A stretch of DNA of 64,000 bases. Origin: Deltaproteobacteria bacterium (GTDB lineage Bacteria; Myxococcota_A; UBA9160; SMWR01). Both the position numbers and the translations under genes were made by a program. The first letter of the stretch is position 1; each line of letters begins with the position of its first letter. Positions 9,804-18,775 of this stretch are shown one piece after another. The stretch spans positions 64,001-128,000 of the forward strand of contig JAQBHB010000093.1 of the NCBI GenBank assembly GCA_032128115.1. Direction: 5' to 3'. The notes beneath the pieces are model-generated. The model searched no databases, had not been told where the DNA came from, and saw only the letters and a program-made list of their open reading frames with translations.

Positions 9804-12520
9804 TCTCGGCTCCGTCGGTGAACGCCTTCCTCGAGAGTTTCGACGGCGCGCGGCCCGGAGCGGCCGGGGGCAAACGCGCCGTGGGCAAGGCCGTGCGCGA
9901 GTACTGTGGCGCCGTGCGGTCGTACCTGCGCGACCATCGCCGCGAGATCGGGGCGGGACAGGGTCTCAACGAGCGCCATTCGGATTTCATGGACCAGCTC
10001 GTTCGACGCCTGTTCGCGTTGGCCGAGGAGGCCTACTTCTCCGGATCCGGCGACCCGCCGTCCGCCCTCTGCGTGCTGGCAGTGGGTGGCTACGCCCGAC
10101 GCGAGATGAGCATCTACTCGGACATGGACCTGCTCTTCCTCCACGGCGGCGAGATCACACCCCACGTGGCATCCGTGACCGAGGCGATCCAGCACTGGCT
10201 CTGGGACGCCGCCCTCTCCGTGGGCTGCGCCACGCGAACCATCGAGCAGACCATCGAGCTGGCGGCCATCGACCCTACGGTGCGCACGGGGTTGCTGGAG
10301 ACGCGTTTCCTGGTGGGGAGTGGGGCCCTGTTCCAGGTGTTCAGCGAGGTTGGCCAGGAGGAGTTGTTCTCGGCGCCCGACCGGTTCATCGCCGACCAGC
10401 TCGAGACCATGCGGGCTCGCCACGCCCACTACGGCGATTCGCTGTATCTGCTGCAGCCGAATCTGAAGGAGGGCGCCGGAGGATTGCGGGACTATCACGT
10501 GGCCTACTGGGCAATGCAGGCCACCCAGGCCCACGCTCGTGGCCGCGAGAACTTTCTGTACCTGGGTCTGCTCACCGACACCGAACTCCACGAGTACACG
10601 CGCGCCCTGGATTTTCTGTGGCAGGCGCGCAATGAGCTGCACCTGATCGCAGGTCGCAAGGGTGACCAGATGAGCTTCGAGCTGCAGGAGCGCATCGCCA
10701 GGTCCCTGGGCTACGAGGAGGCAGGGCGCGAGCTCCCCGTGGAGCAGTTCATGGGCGACTACTATCGTCATGCCCGCGCCGTGAGCAGCTACTCGTCGCT
10801 CGTGATCGAACAGTGTTACTCCCGCGTGCATCGGGAGCCCGCCTCCGAGCCGCCGCGGGAGGTGGAGGATGGCTTCCGGATCGCCAGGGACCGGCTCGAG
10901 ATCCCGCACGCGCGCCACCTGCGAGAAGACCCGTTGCGTCTGCTCCGGGTTTTCGCCGTGGCCCAGGACAACGAGGTGGCGCTCACCCGCAAGGCCGGGC
11001 GCATGGTTCGCGAGACCGTCTCCCTCATCGACGATGACTTCCGGACCCGCCCCGAGGCCGCGGAACTCTTCCTGCGGATCCTGTCGTCCGAGCGGTGGGT
11101 CATGCGTTCGCTGATGGCGATGAACGAGATGGGCGTGCTGGCGGCGTTCCTGCCCGAGTGGGAGCACATCGTATGTCGCTGGCAGCACGTGATGTACCAC
11201 ACGTATACGGTCGACGTGCACTCGATCTTCCTCGTGGAAGAGTTGCGACGTCTGTGGCGCGGCAAGTACGAAGAGGAGCAGCCGGAGCTGACCGAGCTGG
11301 TGCGGGAGAACGAGGACCTGCCGGTTTTATACCTGGGGTGTCTGCTCCATGACATCGGCAAGGGGCTCGGCGGCGATCACTCCAATCGCGGCGCCGACCG
11401 GGCACGCAGCTGCGTCGAACGCCTGGGGCTCGACCCGGACCGGATCGAGCGCGTGGTGTTCCTGGTCCGCCAGCATCTGCTCATGTCGCACCTGGCGCAG
11501 CGCCGGGATCTCTCGGACCCGAAGCTGATCCTCGAGTTCGCCCGCATCGTCGGGGACCGGGAGAACCTCCGGAAGCTGTACCTGATCACGTTCGCCGACA
11601 TCCGCGCGTCTTCCGCCGCGGCCTGGACCGACTGGAAGGGACGACTGCTGCGCGAACTCTTCGAGCGCACTTCGGAGTTGCTGGAGGCGGGAGCCGACGA
11701 TCCCAGCGCGGCCATCGAGATCATCGAGCGGCGCGCGGAGTCGCGGCGGGAGGCGGCCGGCGCCGAGATGCGCGACGGCGGTGTCGATGACGAGCAGATC
11801 CAGAACTACTGCGACGACATGCCGCGCCGCTATTTCACCGCCCACTCACCGCGCGAGATTTCTCGTCATGCCCGGGTGGTGTTGGAATTCAACCGCGATC
11901 GCATTTCGGCTACCGCCGTGCGCGAGCTTCCCGGAGGTTCGAGCGAGTTCATCCTCTGCGCCCGGGACATCCACGGCCTCTACTCGAAAGTTGCCGGCGT
12001 GCTGACGGCATACAACCTGAACATCCTGGGATCGCATGTGTACAGCACGCGCACGGGGCTCGCGCTGGAGATCTACCGGCTCACGACGCCCCGGGGCGGC
12101 GATGCGGAGCGACGCCTGGCCTGGTCGGCGATGGTGGATTCCCTGGATCAGGTGCTCACGGAGCGGCTCGACGTGGCTGCGCTGCTGCGTCGCCGCGGGC
12201 GCCCGGTGGGGCTCGATGTGGCCCCGCGTCGGCAGCCGGCGTCGGTCTCCGTGTCGAACGAGGAATCGGACTTCTACACGATTGTCGATGTCACCGCGAA
12301 CGATCGCCTGGGCCTGCTCCACGATCTGACCCGGGTCATCGCCGATCACGGCTTCGAGATCTATATCTCGAAGGCCGCCACCATCATGGATCAGGTGGCC
12401 GACACCTTCTATCTGAAGGACGACAAGGGACGAAAGCTGCGCGAACCGGACGCGATCGAGCGGCTGTGCGCATCGCTTCGTGACGCCGCCAACCGGGAGG
12501 AGGTGGGTCGTGGCGGCTGA
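9800..12520 (+). CDS. glnD: [Protein-PII] uridylyltransferase / uridylyl-removing enzyme
   Basis: AVGGYARREMSIYSDMDLLFL nucleotidyltransferase motif, PNLKEGAGGLRD, YHTYTVDVHS and LLHDIGKG (HD domain), and two C-terminal ACT domains (DRLGLLHDL). Confidence 0.96.
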   Translation: MISAPSVNAFLESFDGARPGAAGGKRAVGKAVREYCGAVRSYLRDHRREIGAGQGLNERHSDFMDQLVRRLFALAEEAYFSGSGDPPSALCVLAVGGYARREMSIYSDMDLLFLHGGEITPHVASVTEAIQHWLWDAALSVGCATRTIEQTIELAAIDPTVRTGLLETRFLVGSGALFQVFSEVGQEELFSAPDRFIADQLETMRARHAHYGDSLYLLQPNLKEGAGGLRDYHVAYWAMQATQAHARGRENFLYLGLLTDTELHEYTRALDFLWQARNELHLIAGRKGDQMSFELQERIARSLGYEEAGRELPVEQFMGDYYRHARAVSSYSSLVIEQCYSRVHREPASEPPREVEDGFRIARDRLEIPHARHLREDPLRLLRVFAVAQDNEVALTRKAGRMVRETVSLIDDDFRTRPEAAELFLRILSSERWVMRSLMAMNEMGVLAAFLPEWEHIVCRWQHVMYHTYTVDVHSIFLVEELRRLWRGKYEEEQPELTELVRENEDLPVLYLGCLLHDIGKGLGGDHSNRGADRARSCVERLGLDPDRIERVVFLVRQHLLMSHLAQRRDLSDPKLILEFARIVGDRENLRKLYLITFADIRASSAAAWTDWKGRLLRELFERTSELLEAGADDPSAAIEIIERRAESRREAAGAEMRDGGVDDEQIQNYCDDMPRRYFTAHSPREISRHARVVLEFNRDRISATAVRELPGGSSEFILCARDIHGLYSKVAGVLTAYNLNILGSHVYSTRTGLALEIYRLTTPRGGDAERRLAWSAMVDSLDQVLTERLDVAALLRRRGRPVGLDVAPRRQPASVSVSNEESDFYTIVDVTANDRLGLLHDLTRVIADHGFEIYISKAATIMDQVADTFYLKDDKGRKLREPDAIERLCASLRDAANREEVGRGG

Positions 12521-13460
12521 GCGGGGCCGCCAGCTGGCCAGGGCGGTCGATGGCTTCCTGACCCACGCGGCCGTGGAGCGGGGTCTTTCGCCGCGCACGA
12601 TCGAGGCCTACTCACGCGACCTGGCCCGCTTCGTTCACCACCTGGACGGACACGGAGTGCGACACACGGATCAGGTACGGCGCGAACACGTGCGAAGCTT
12701 CGCGGTATCGCTGGCGCGTCGGGGGCTCGCGGCTCGCAGTCGAGCCCGAGCCCTGGTGGCCACGCGTCGTATGCTCCGCCACGCGGGCGCCGGCGAGGCG
12801 GTGCGCGAAGAGCCGGGAGGGCCGCGCGCCGGCCCGCAGGTGGGCGTGAGCCTGCCCCGCATTCTCAGGATCGACGAGACCGAAGCGCTGATCGAGGCTG
12901 CCGACCCGTCCACGCCGCTGGGTGTGCGCGACCGGGCCATGCTGGAGGTGTTGTATGGCGCGGGTCTGCGTGTGAGCGAGCTGGTGTCGCTGCCGCTGGC
13001 GGGCCTGGATCGACGCGCGGGCCTGCTGCGTGTAATGGGCAAGGGCCGGCGCGAGCGGATCGTACCGTTGGGGGCGCCGGCGTTGGAAGCGCTGGACGCC
13101 TACCTGGAGGAGGGCCGCCCGCGCCTGTGTGCCGCCTCCGCGACGCGCGACGACCGCGTCTTCCTGTCGCGCCGCGGCCGCGCCATGACGCGCCAGAACT
13201 TCTTCGTCCGCTTGCGGAAGCTGGCCCGCGTGGCCGGAATCCCCAGCGATCGTGTCTCGCCCCATGTGTTGCGCCACGCCTTTGCCACCGACCTGCTGGA
13301 GGGCGGCGCCGACCTGCGGTCGGTCCAGACTCTCCTGGGGCATGCCGATCTGTCGACGACACAGATCTACACCCACGTCAGCCGCAGCCGGCTTCGCGAG
13401 ACCGTCGAGCGGCGACACCCTCGCGGTCGGGGAAGGCGGCGCGAGTCGGACCCGAGGTGA
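12510..13460 (+). CDS. xerD: Tyrosine recombinase, XerD type
   Basis: RDRAMLEVLYGAGLRVSEL, GKGRRERIVP, SPHVLRHAFATDLL and LLGHADLSTTQIYTH. GTG at 12510 follows GGAGGAGG. Confidence 0.88.
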   Translation: MAAERGRQLARAVDGFLTHAAVERGLSPRTIEAYSRDLARFVHHLDGHGVRHTDQVRREHVRSFAVSLARRGLAARSRARALVATRRMLRHAGAGEAVREEPGGPRAGPQVGVSLPRILRIDETEALIEAADPSTPLGVRDRAMLEVLYGAGLRVSELVSLPLAGLDRRAGLLRVMGKGRRERIVPLGAPALEALDAYLEEGRPRLCAASATRDDRVFLSRRGRAMTRQNFFVRLRKLARVAGIPSDRVSPHVLRHAFATDLLEGGADLRSVQTLLGHADLSTTQIYTHVSRSRLRETVERRHPRGRGRRRESDPR

Positions 13461-14791
13461 CGAAGGCCACCTCGGCGGAGTTCCTGGCTGCGATCCCCGC
13501 GCCCGCGGCGAGCCTGGTCGTGGAGCTGGTGTCGGTGGCGGATGCCCAGGGCCTGTCCCTATACGTGGTGGGCGGCCCCGTGCGCGACCTGCTGCTGGGT
13601 CTCCCGGTGGGCGACGTGGATCTGGTGGTGGAGGGCCGGGACGGGAAGGGCGCCGTCGAGCTGGTGCAGGCGGCCGCACCCGGATCAGCACGTCTCACCG
13701 CGCACGACCGCTTCGGGACGGTCAGCTTGCGTCTGGATGCGGCGTCGCTCGACGTGGCCACGGTGCGCAGCGAGACCTATGCCCACGACGGGGCTCTGCC
13801 CGCCGTGGCGGCGGGCAGCCTGGAGGACGACCTGCGGCGACGAGACTTCAGCGTGAACGCATTGGCGCTGCCCCTGTCGAAGAAGGCGCGCGCGCGCCAC
13901 AGTGGGATCGTGGACCTGGAAGGCGGCTTGCGCGACCTGGAGAACCGCCGGCTGCGTGTGTTGCACGAGCGCAGCTTTCACGACGATCCAACGCGCGCTC
14001 TTCGAGCGGCCCGGTTCGGCCCCCGTCTGGGCTTCTCGCTGACCCGGGGCTCGCGCCGCGCCTTGCGCGACGCCCTGCGCGATGGTGCCTTCGGCCGCGT
14101 CAGCGGCGATCGCCTGCGCCGCGAGCTGGTCAAACTCTTCGACGACGCCCACAAGGGACTCGATCCGGTGCCTGCGCTGCGGCTGCTAGACGAGTGGCAT
14201 CTGCTTGGCGCGCTGGAGCCCGGGCTGACGCTGGACCGGAGCGTGGCCCCGGCGCTTCGGGCCCTGGGCCGCGCCACCGCGTCGCCGCCCTGGCCCGGGG
14301 GACGCTGGCGCCCCTGGGCCTCGGGGCTGGCCGTGTGGCTCGCGCCGCTGGCGGCCAGCCTGCGGCGCCGGACCCTGCAGCGCTTCGCAGTGCGCGGTGC
14401 GGCGGCGACCCGCATCGCCGACTTTCCCAAGGCCCAGAAGCGCTGGCTTCGCGCCCTGGAACGGGCGCGCGGCCGCGGGGCCATCGACGAGGTGCTGAGC
14501 GAGCTCGACGAGGATGAACTGCACGCTCTGTGGGCGTGTGCGTCGCCGGCCATGCGACGTCGCGTCGTGCGTTACGCACAAGAGGATCGCTCCCGTCGGG
14601 TGCCGGTGAACGGGGACGACCTGGTGGAGCTGGGTCTCTCGGGGCCGGCATTGGGTCTTGCCCTGGTGCGCCTGCGCGCGGCCTATCTGGACGGTGCCGC
14701 GACCCGGCGGGAAGATCTGCTGGCACTGGCGCGAGAACTGGCGGGCGCGGACCGGGCGCGCAGCTCGCGCCGTGGGGCGGGGCGGCGTTGA
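13457..14791 (+). CDS. Class II tRNA nucleotidyltransferase (CCA / A-adding type)
   Basis: VGGPVRDLLLG, DVDLVV, ATVRSETY, DLRRRDFSVNA and LHERSFHDDPTRALRAARF; GTGA overlap with xerD. Confidence 0.88.
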   Translation: MTKATSAEFLAAIPAPAASLVVELVSVADAQGLSLYVVGGPVRDLLLGLPVGDVDLVVEGRDGKGAVELVQAAAPGSARLTAHDRFGTVSLRLDAASLDVATVRSETYAHDGALPAVAAGSLEDDLRRRDFSVNALALPLSKKARARHSGIVDLEGGLRDLENRRLRVLHERSFHDDPTRALRAARFGPRLGFSLTRGSRRALRDALRDGAFGRVSGDRLRRELVKLFDDAHKGLDPVPALRLLDEWHLLGALEPGLTLDRSVAPALRALGRATASPPWPGGRWRPWASGLAVWLAPLAASLRRRTLQRFAVRGAAATRIADFPKAQKRWLRALERARGRGAIDEVLSELDEDELHALWACASPAMRRRVVRYAQEDRSRRVPVNGDDLVELGLSGPALGLALVRLRAAYLDGAATRREDLLALARELAGADRARSSRRGAGRR

Positions 14792-14798
14792 CGTCTGC

Positions 14799-14827
14799 TT
14801 GCCGCCGAGCGTGCGATTCTCCATACT
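14799..14827 (+). promoter_or_regulatory. Candidate sigma70-type promoter for scpAB-rluB
   Basis: TTGCCG (14799-14804), a 17-bp spacer, then CATACT (14822-14827), in the 87-bp gap before scpA. Confidence 0.5.
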
Positions 14828-14878
14828 CCCAGCACCCCCCCACAGCAATGTTTTCGTGCGCGCGTACGTGGAGCCCGG

Positions 14879-15715
14879 ATGTCTTCAGCGTTGACTGGTG
14901 ATCTCGGCGCGACAGGCTCGAACCGGGCCCCGGCAGAACCTCGCTATGCCGTGTGCCTGCCCGTCTTCGAGGGTCCGCTCGACCTGTTGCTGCACCTGAT
15001 CCGGCTCAACGAGGTCGACATCACCGACATCCCCATCGCGCGCGTCGCCGAGCAGTACGTGGAGTATCTCGACCTGATGCGCGAGCTCGATCTGGACGTC
15101 GCGGGTGAGTACCTGCTGATGGCGGCGACGCTGGCGTGGCTCAAGTCTCGCACCCTGCTGCCCGTGGAGAGTGAGGCGGACGAGGAGGACGGCCCCGATC
15201 CCCGTGCGGAACTGATCGCGCGCCTGATCGAGTATCGCCGCTTCAAGGAAGCGGCGGGCGAGCTGGGCGGGCGCCAGTTGCTTGGGCGTGACGTCTTCAC
15301 CGGGTCCGGGCAGGACCTGGAGCCGCTTCCCGACGGCGAGCGCGAGATCGAGGTGGGCGTGTTCGACCTGATCGAGGCCTACCGGCGGGTGCTGCGCACC
15401 GCCACCGAGACTCCGGCAGCCCACGAGATCGAGGCCGAGGCCATCACCGTTCACGAGAGGATGGTGGCGGTGATGCGGGCCCTCGAGGGCCTCGAATCCA
15501 TGGAGTTCGAGCGAGTCTTCGTGGACTACGACGGGCACCGCCCGACGCGGCTGGTGTTCGTCGCCACGTTCCTCGCGATCCTCGAGCTCACGCGTCTTGC
15601 CGCCCTGCGGCTCTACCAGGGCTTGAGCGACGAAGGGGCCCCGGAGGGGCCCATCCATCTGCGGCCGGTGGCCCCGGGCGACGAAAGCTGGATGTCGGCC
15701 GTCCCGAACGTGTGA
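14879..15715 (+). CDS. scpA: Segregation and condensation protein A
   Basis: FEGPLDLLLHLI, DIPIARVAEQY, EYLLMAATLAWLKSRTLLP, DPRAELIARLIEY and TFLAILEL. Confidence 0.95.
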   Translation: MSSALTGDLGATGSNRAPAEPRYAVCLPVFEGPLDLLLHLIRLNEVDITDIPIARVAEQYVEYLDLMRELDLDVAGEYLLMAATLAWLKSRTLLPVESEADEEDGPDPRAELIARLIEYRRFKEAAGELGGRQLLGRDVFTGSGQDLEPLPDGEREIEVGVFDLIEAYRRVLRTATETPAAHEIEAEAITVHERMVAVMRALEGLESMEFERVFVDYDGHRPTRLVFVATFLAILELTRLAALRLYQGLSDEGAPEGPIHLRPVAPGDESWMSAVPNV

Positions 15716-15724
15716 GGCGAGACA

Positions 15725-16399
15725 ATGGATGACTCGGAGAAGCGGGGGATCGCGGAGGCCCTGATCGTGGCGTCGGGGGAGCCTCTCCCGGCGGCCAAGC
15801 TGGCGTCGTTGGTCCCGCGGTGCACGCCCAAGCAGGCCCGCAGCCTGGTGGAGGAGCTCAACGCGGAGTACGTCGCGCAACAGCGATCGTTCGAGATTCG
15901 CGAGGTTGCCGGAGGGTTTCAGTTGCGAACCCTGCCTGAGTACGCGAGCTATCTGCAGAAGCTCCGACCGACCCGGCCGCTGCGTCTATCCCATGCGGCG
16001 CTCGAGTCGCTGGCCATCGTGGCGTACCGCCAACCCGTGACGCGCGCAGAGGTGGAGTACGTGCGGGGCGTCGACGCGGGCCCGGTGCTGCGCAGCCTGT
16101 TGGAGCGCAAGCTGGTGAAGATCGCGGGACACCGCGAGGTGCCGGGGCGACCGATGCTCTATGCCACCACGAAGCGCTTCCTCGAAGTCTTCGGCCTGTC
16201 GAAGCTCGACGACCTGCCCACGCTCCGGGACCTGGAGGACCTGGCGGCTTCCGAGGACAATCCCGTGGGCAACCCAGCTGACGAACCGGCCGCATCATCC
16301 CCCGGGGCCGCATCATCCCCCGGGTTGGAGAGCGAGCCCCATGCGCTGGCCGCCCTGGTGTCGCTCTCCGCTCTGGAGCCCCGCGGCGAACCCCACTGA
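15725..16399 (+). CDS. scpB: Segregation and condensation protein B
   Basis: EVAGGFQLRT, LSHAALESLAIVAYRQPVTRAEVEYVRGV, PGRPMLYATT and FLEVFGLSKLDDLP. Confidence 0.95.
   Translation: MDDSEKRGIAEALIVASGEPLPAAKLASLVPRCTPKQARSLVEELNAEYVAQQRSFEIREVAGGFQLRTLPEYASYLQKLRPTRPLRLSHAALESLAIVAYRQPVTRAEVEYVRGVDAGPVLRSLLERKLVKIAGHREVPGRPMLYATTKRFLEVFGLSKLDDLPTLRDLEDLAASEDNPVGNPADEPAASSPGAASSPGLESEPHALAALVSLSALEPRGEPH
16288..16323 (+). repeat. Perfect 18-bp tandem duplication (AASSPG x2) in the scpB tail
   Basis: GGCCGCATCATCCCCCGG at 16288-16305 and again at 16306-16323. Confidence 0.9.
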
Positions 16400-16415
16400 A
16401 CGCCGGGCGGGCCCG

Positions 16416-17151
16416 TTGCTGCGCCTGCAGAAGATCCTGGCAGCGGCCGGTCTGGCCTCGCGGCGAGGCTGTGAAGACCTGCTGCGCGAGGGTCGTGTCA
16501 CCGTGAACGGGGCTCCCGCCTCGCTGGGGGAGTCTGCCGATCCGGAACGCGATGTGGTGGCCGTGGACGGCGTCGCCATTCACCCCGAGGCCCTGGAGTA
16601 CTGGCTGCTGCACAAGCCGGCCGGTGTGCTGTCCACGGTGAGCGACCCCTTCGGGCGGGCACACGTGGTCGAGCTGGTTCCGCAGCGGAGTGGTCGCCTG
16701 TTTCCGGTGGGAAGACTCGATCTCGATACGGAGGGGTTGGTGCTGCTCACCAATGATGGCGCCCTGGCCCACCGGTTGCTGCACCCGTCCCACGAAGTGG
16801 AGCGGGAGTACCGGATCAGCCTGGCCGGGCGCGTGAACGGCCGCGATCTGCGGCCACTCGGTCACGGCCTGCTGCTCGACGACGGACCCATGGCGCCGGC
16901 GCGAGTGGGCCGAACACGGTACGACCCGGCCGCCGATCTCACGCACTTCCATCTGACGTTGATCGAGGGGCGAAAACGCGAGATCCGGCGTGCGCTCGAG
17001 CAGCTGGGCCATCCGGTCGTCCGGCTGGTGCGCGTGCGCATGGGACCCCCTGGAGCTGGGGCAACTGGCGTCCGGCTGCGCGCGGCGCCTGTCGGCGGAC
17101 GAACTCCGCGCCCTGGAATCCGCGGGCGCACGAGTGCACGCGGGTCTTTAG
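16416..17151 (+). CDS. rluB: 23S rRNA pseudouridine synthase (RluB/RsuA family) with a +1 frameshift at the C5 run 17046-17050
   Basis: S4 domain LRLQKILAAAGLASRR, HKPAGVLST, catalytic PVGRLDLDTEGLVLLTNDG and EGRKREIRR. The family-typical ending GPLELGQLASG..RRLSADELRAL* continues only in the shifted frame, ending at TAG 17149-17151. Confidence 0.85.
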
Positions 17152-17259
17152 CCGCAACGTTTACCGGCGCATGCGCGCGCAGCTGCCCTCCCAAGTCCAC
17201 GGGCTGCGAACCGAACTCCATCGAGACCTCGAAACGATCTGGGAAATCTCTCTATCCCA

Positions 17260-17289
17260 TTGAATTCGCGTATGTTTTCCATCTATCAT
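17260..17289 (+). promoter_or_regulatory. Candidate sigma70-type promoter
   Basis: TTGAAT (17260-17265), an 18-bp spacer, then TATCAT (17284-17289), in a locally AT-rich stretch upstream of ATG 17312. Confidence 0.45.
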
Positions 17290-17311
17290 GCGAGTTGGAA
17301 GTTCACCCGGA

Positions 17312-18196
17312 ATGGATCTCATGCAGCGCTGTGCAGCCCCCGGTTCTCTCCTGCTGATCGCGGGGCTCGTGCTCGTGTGGAGCGCGCCGGCCGCCGCGTC
17401 GAAATCGATCATCGGCATCTGCCCCGACGGCAGCATGTTCATCGTGAAGCGCGCGGATCTGATTCCGTGTCGCGAGGCGAAACTGGTGGAGCCGGACGAG
17501 GTTCCGCCGATCAAGGGCGAGTACCTGCCGCGACCCTACGCGTGGGAGATCTTCAACCGCCGAAACGATCCCAACAATCCCTACAACCTGATCGATGCCG
17601 CCCGCCAGGCGCGCGCGGCGCGCGGTGAAGGCCCGCTCCCGGGAAGCCCCGTGGCGCCGGAGCCGATCGACGAGACGCCTCAGGTCTCGTCCGCACCGCC
17701 GTCGCGGTCGGGGCCGTCCGCCGCTGGGGTGCGGGAGACCGCCAATCTGGCGCTGAGCGAGGACGATCTGCACAACCTGACCTTGATCATCGACCTGGCT
17801 CAGCAACGGGCCCCGGCTTCCTTCGAGCGTCAGGGGAGCGACGGAGCGCCCGGTCTGGTGCTGCAGCTGGCGCGCTCCCAGGCGTTCGAAGCGGCCCTGG
17901 TGCAGGACTTCGCGGACCAGGGGAGTCGCGTGAGCGGTCCCGTCCTGCTGTTCGCCGCCACCGCCGCACAACCCCAGGCCTTCCACCCGAACCTCACGTT
18001 CGTCCAGGGACATAGGGCCTACCATCCGAACGCGGAGGATCCGAAGCAGCTGGGAATGCTGCGCGGAAGCCTTGCGCGGGTGACCCCCGAGCAGCCCGCA
18101 CTGGGCTACGCGGTGCTCCCCGAGCACCTGGACCTCACGAATCCCATCGACATCTACTGGGACGACCAGCGCGTCACCGCGACCCTGGTTCACTGA
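17312..18196 (+). CDS. Secreted hypothetical protein
   Basis: Signal peptide ending SAPAAA, a short Cys-pair domain (GICPDGS...IPC), a Pro-rich linker and a globular C-terminal domain. Start is 17312 or 17321. Confidence 0.7.
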   Translation: MDLMQRCAAPGSLLLIAGLVLVWSAPAAASKSIIGICPDGSMFIVKRADLIPCREAKLVEPDEVPPIKGEYLPRPYAWEIFNRRNDPNNPYNLIDAARQARAARGEGPLPGSPVAPEPIDETPQVSSAPPSRSGPSAAGVRETANLALSEDDLHNLTLIIDLAQQRAPASFERQGSDGAPGLVLQLARSQAFEAALVQDFADQGSRVSGPVLLFAATAAQPQAFHPNLTFVQGHRAYHPNAEDPKQLGMLRGSLARVTPEQPALGYAVLPEHLDLTNPIDIYWDDQRVTATLVH

Positions 18197-18253
18197 ACGG
18201 CACGCGCCCCCGGCGCTTGCTGGCACGCGCCTCTGGCGCCTGCGGTCGGCGAA

Positions 18254-18772
18254 CTAGCGCGGATAGGTGAGATAGACCTGCGTGTAGAGCAGGGAGCCGT
18301 CTGCCGCGCGCGAGATCCCGATGCCGGTCGCATTGAAGGAGGGAGCCAGCAGGTTGCGCCGATGGACGGGCGAGGCCAGCCAGCCCTGTAGGATCTCCCG
18401 GTTCGGTTCGGCCCGATCGGTGGATCCCAGGTTCTCCGCCGCCAGGCTGAACCCCGGAGCGGCTGCGGTGCGGATGCGGTCCACCGGGTCGAGCCCCTCG
18501 GGCGTGATGTGATCCAGGAACCCGCGACGGGCCATGTCGCGGCTGTGGGAGCGCGCCACGCCGTCGAGCTCGGGCCTGCGTTGCAGGGGAACCAGGTGAT
18601 GCCGCGCCCTCTCCGCGTTCACGGCGCGATACAGGAACTCCTCGAGCTCTGCCACCTCCGGAGACGGATCGCTGCTCTCCGCGCTCACGAAGCCGCCGCC
18701 GAAGGGGGAGAGCCACAGGGCGAACCAGAAGCCCAGCACGAATCCGATCGCCTGGCCAATCGTCCGAGGCAC
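18254..18772 (-). CDS. CAP/SCP domain secreted protein
   Basis: VNAERAR, ARSHSRDMARRGFLDH, AENL and WLASPVHRRNLL CAP motifs; N-terminal hydrophobic signal. Confidence 0.9.
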   Translation of the reverse strand: MPRTIGQAIGFVLGFWFALWLSPFGGGFVSAESSDPSPEVAELEEFLYRAVNAERARHHLVPLQRRPELDGVARSHSRDMARRGFLDHITPEGLDPVDRIRTAAAPGFSLAAENLGSTDRAEPNREILQGWLASPVHRRNLLAPSFNATGIGISRAADGSLLYTQVYLTYPR

Positions 18773-18775
18773 GAT

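Noticed and set aside
12510..13460. Tyrosine recombinase as the integrase of a mobile element
   Set aside because: It has XerD-type motifs, overlaps housekeeping genes on both sides, and has no att sites, tRNA or cargo nearby.
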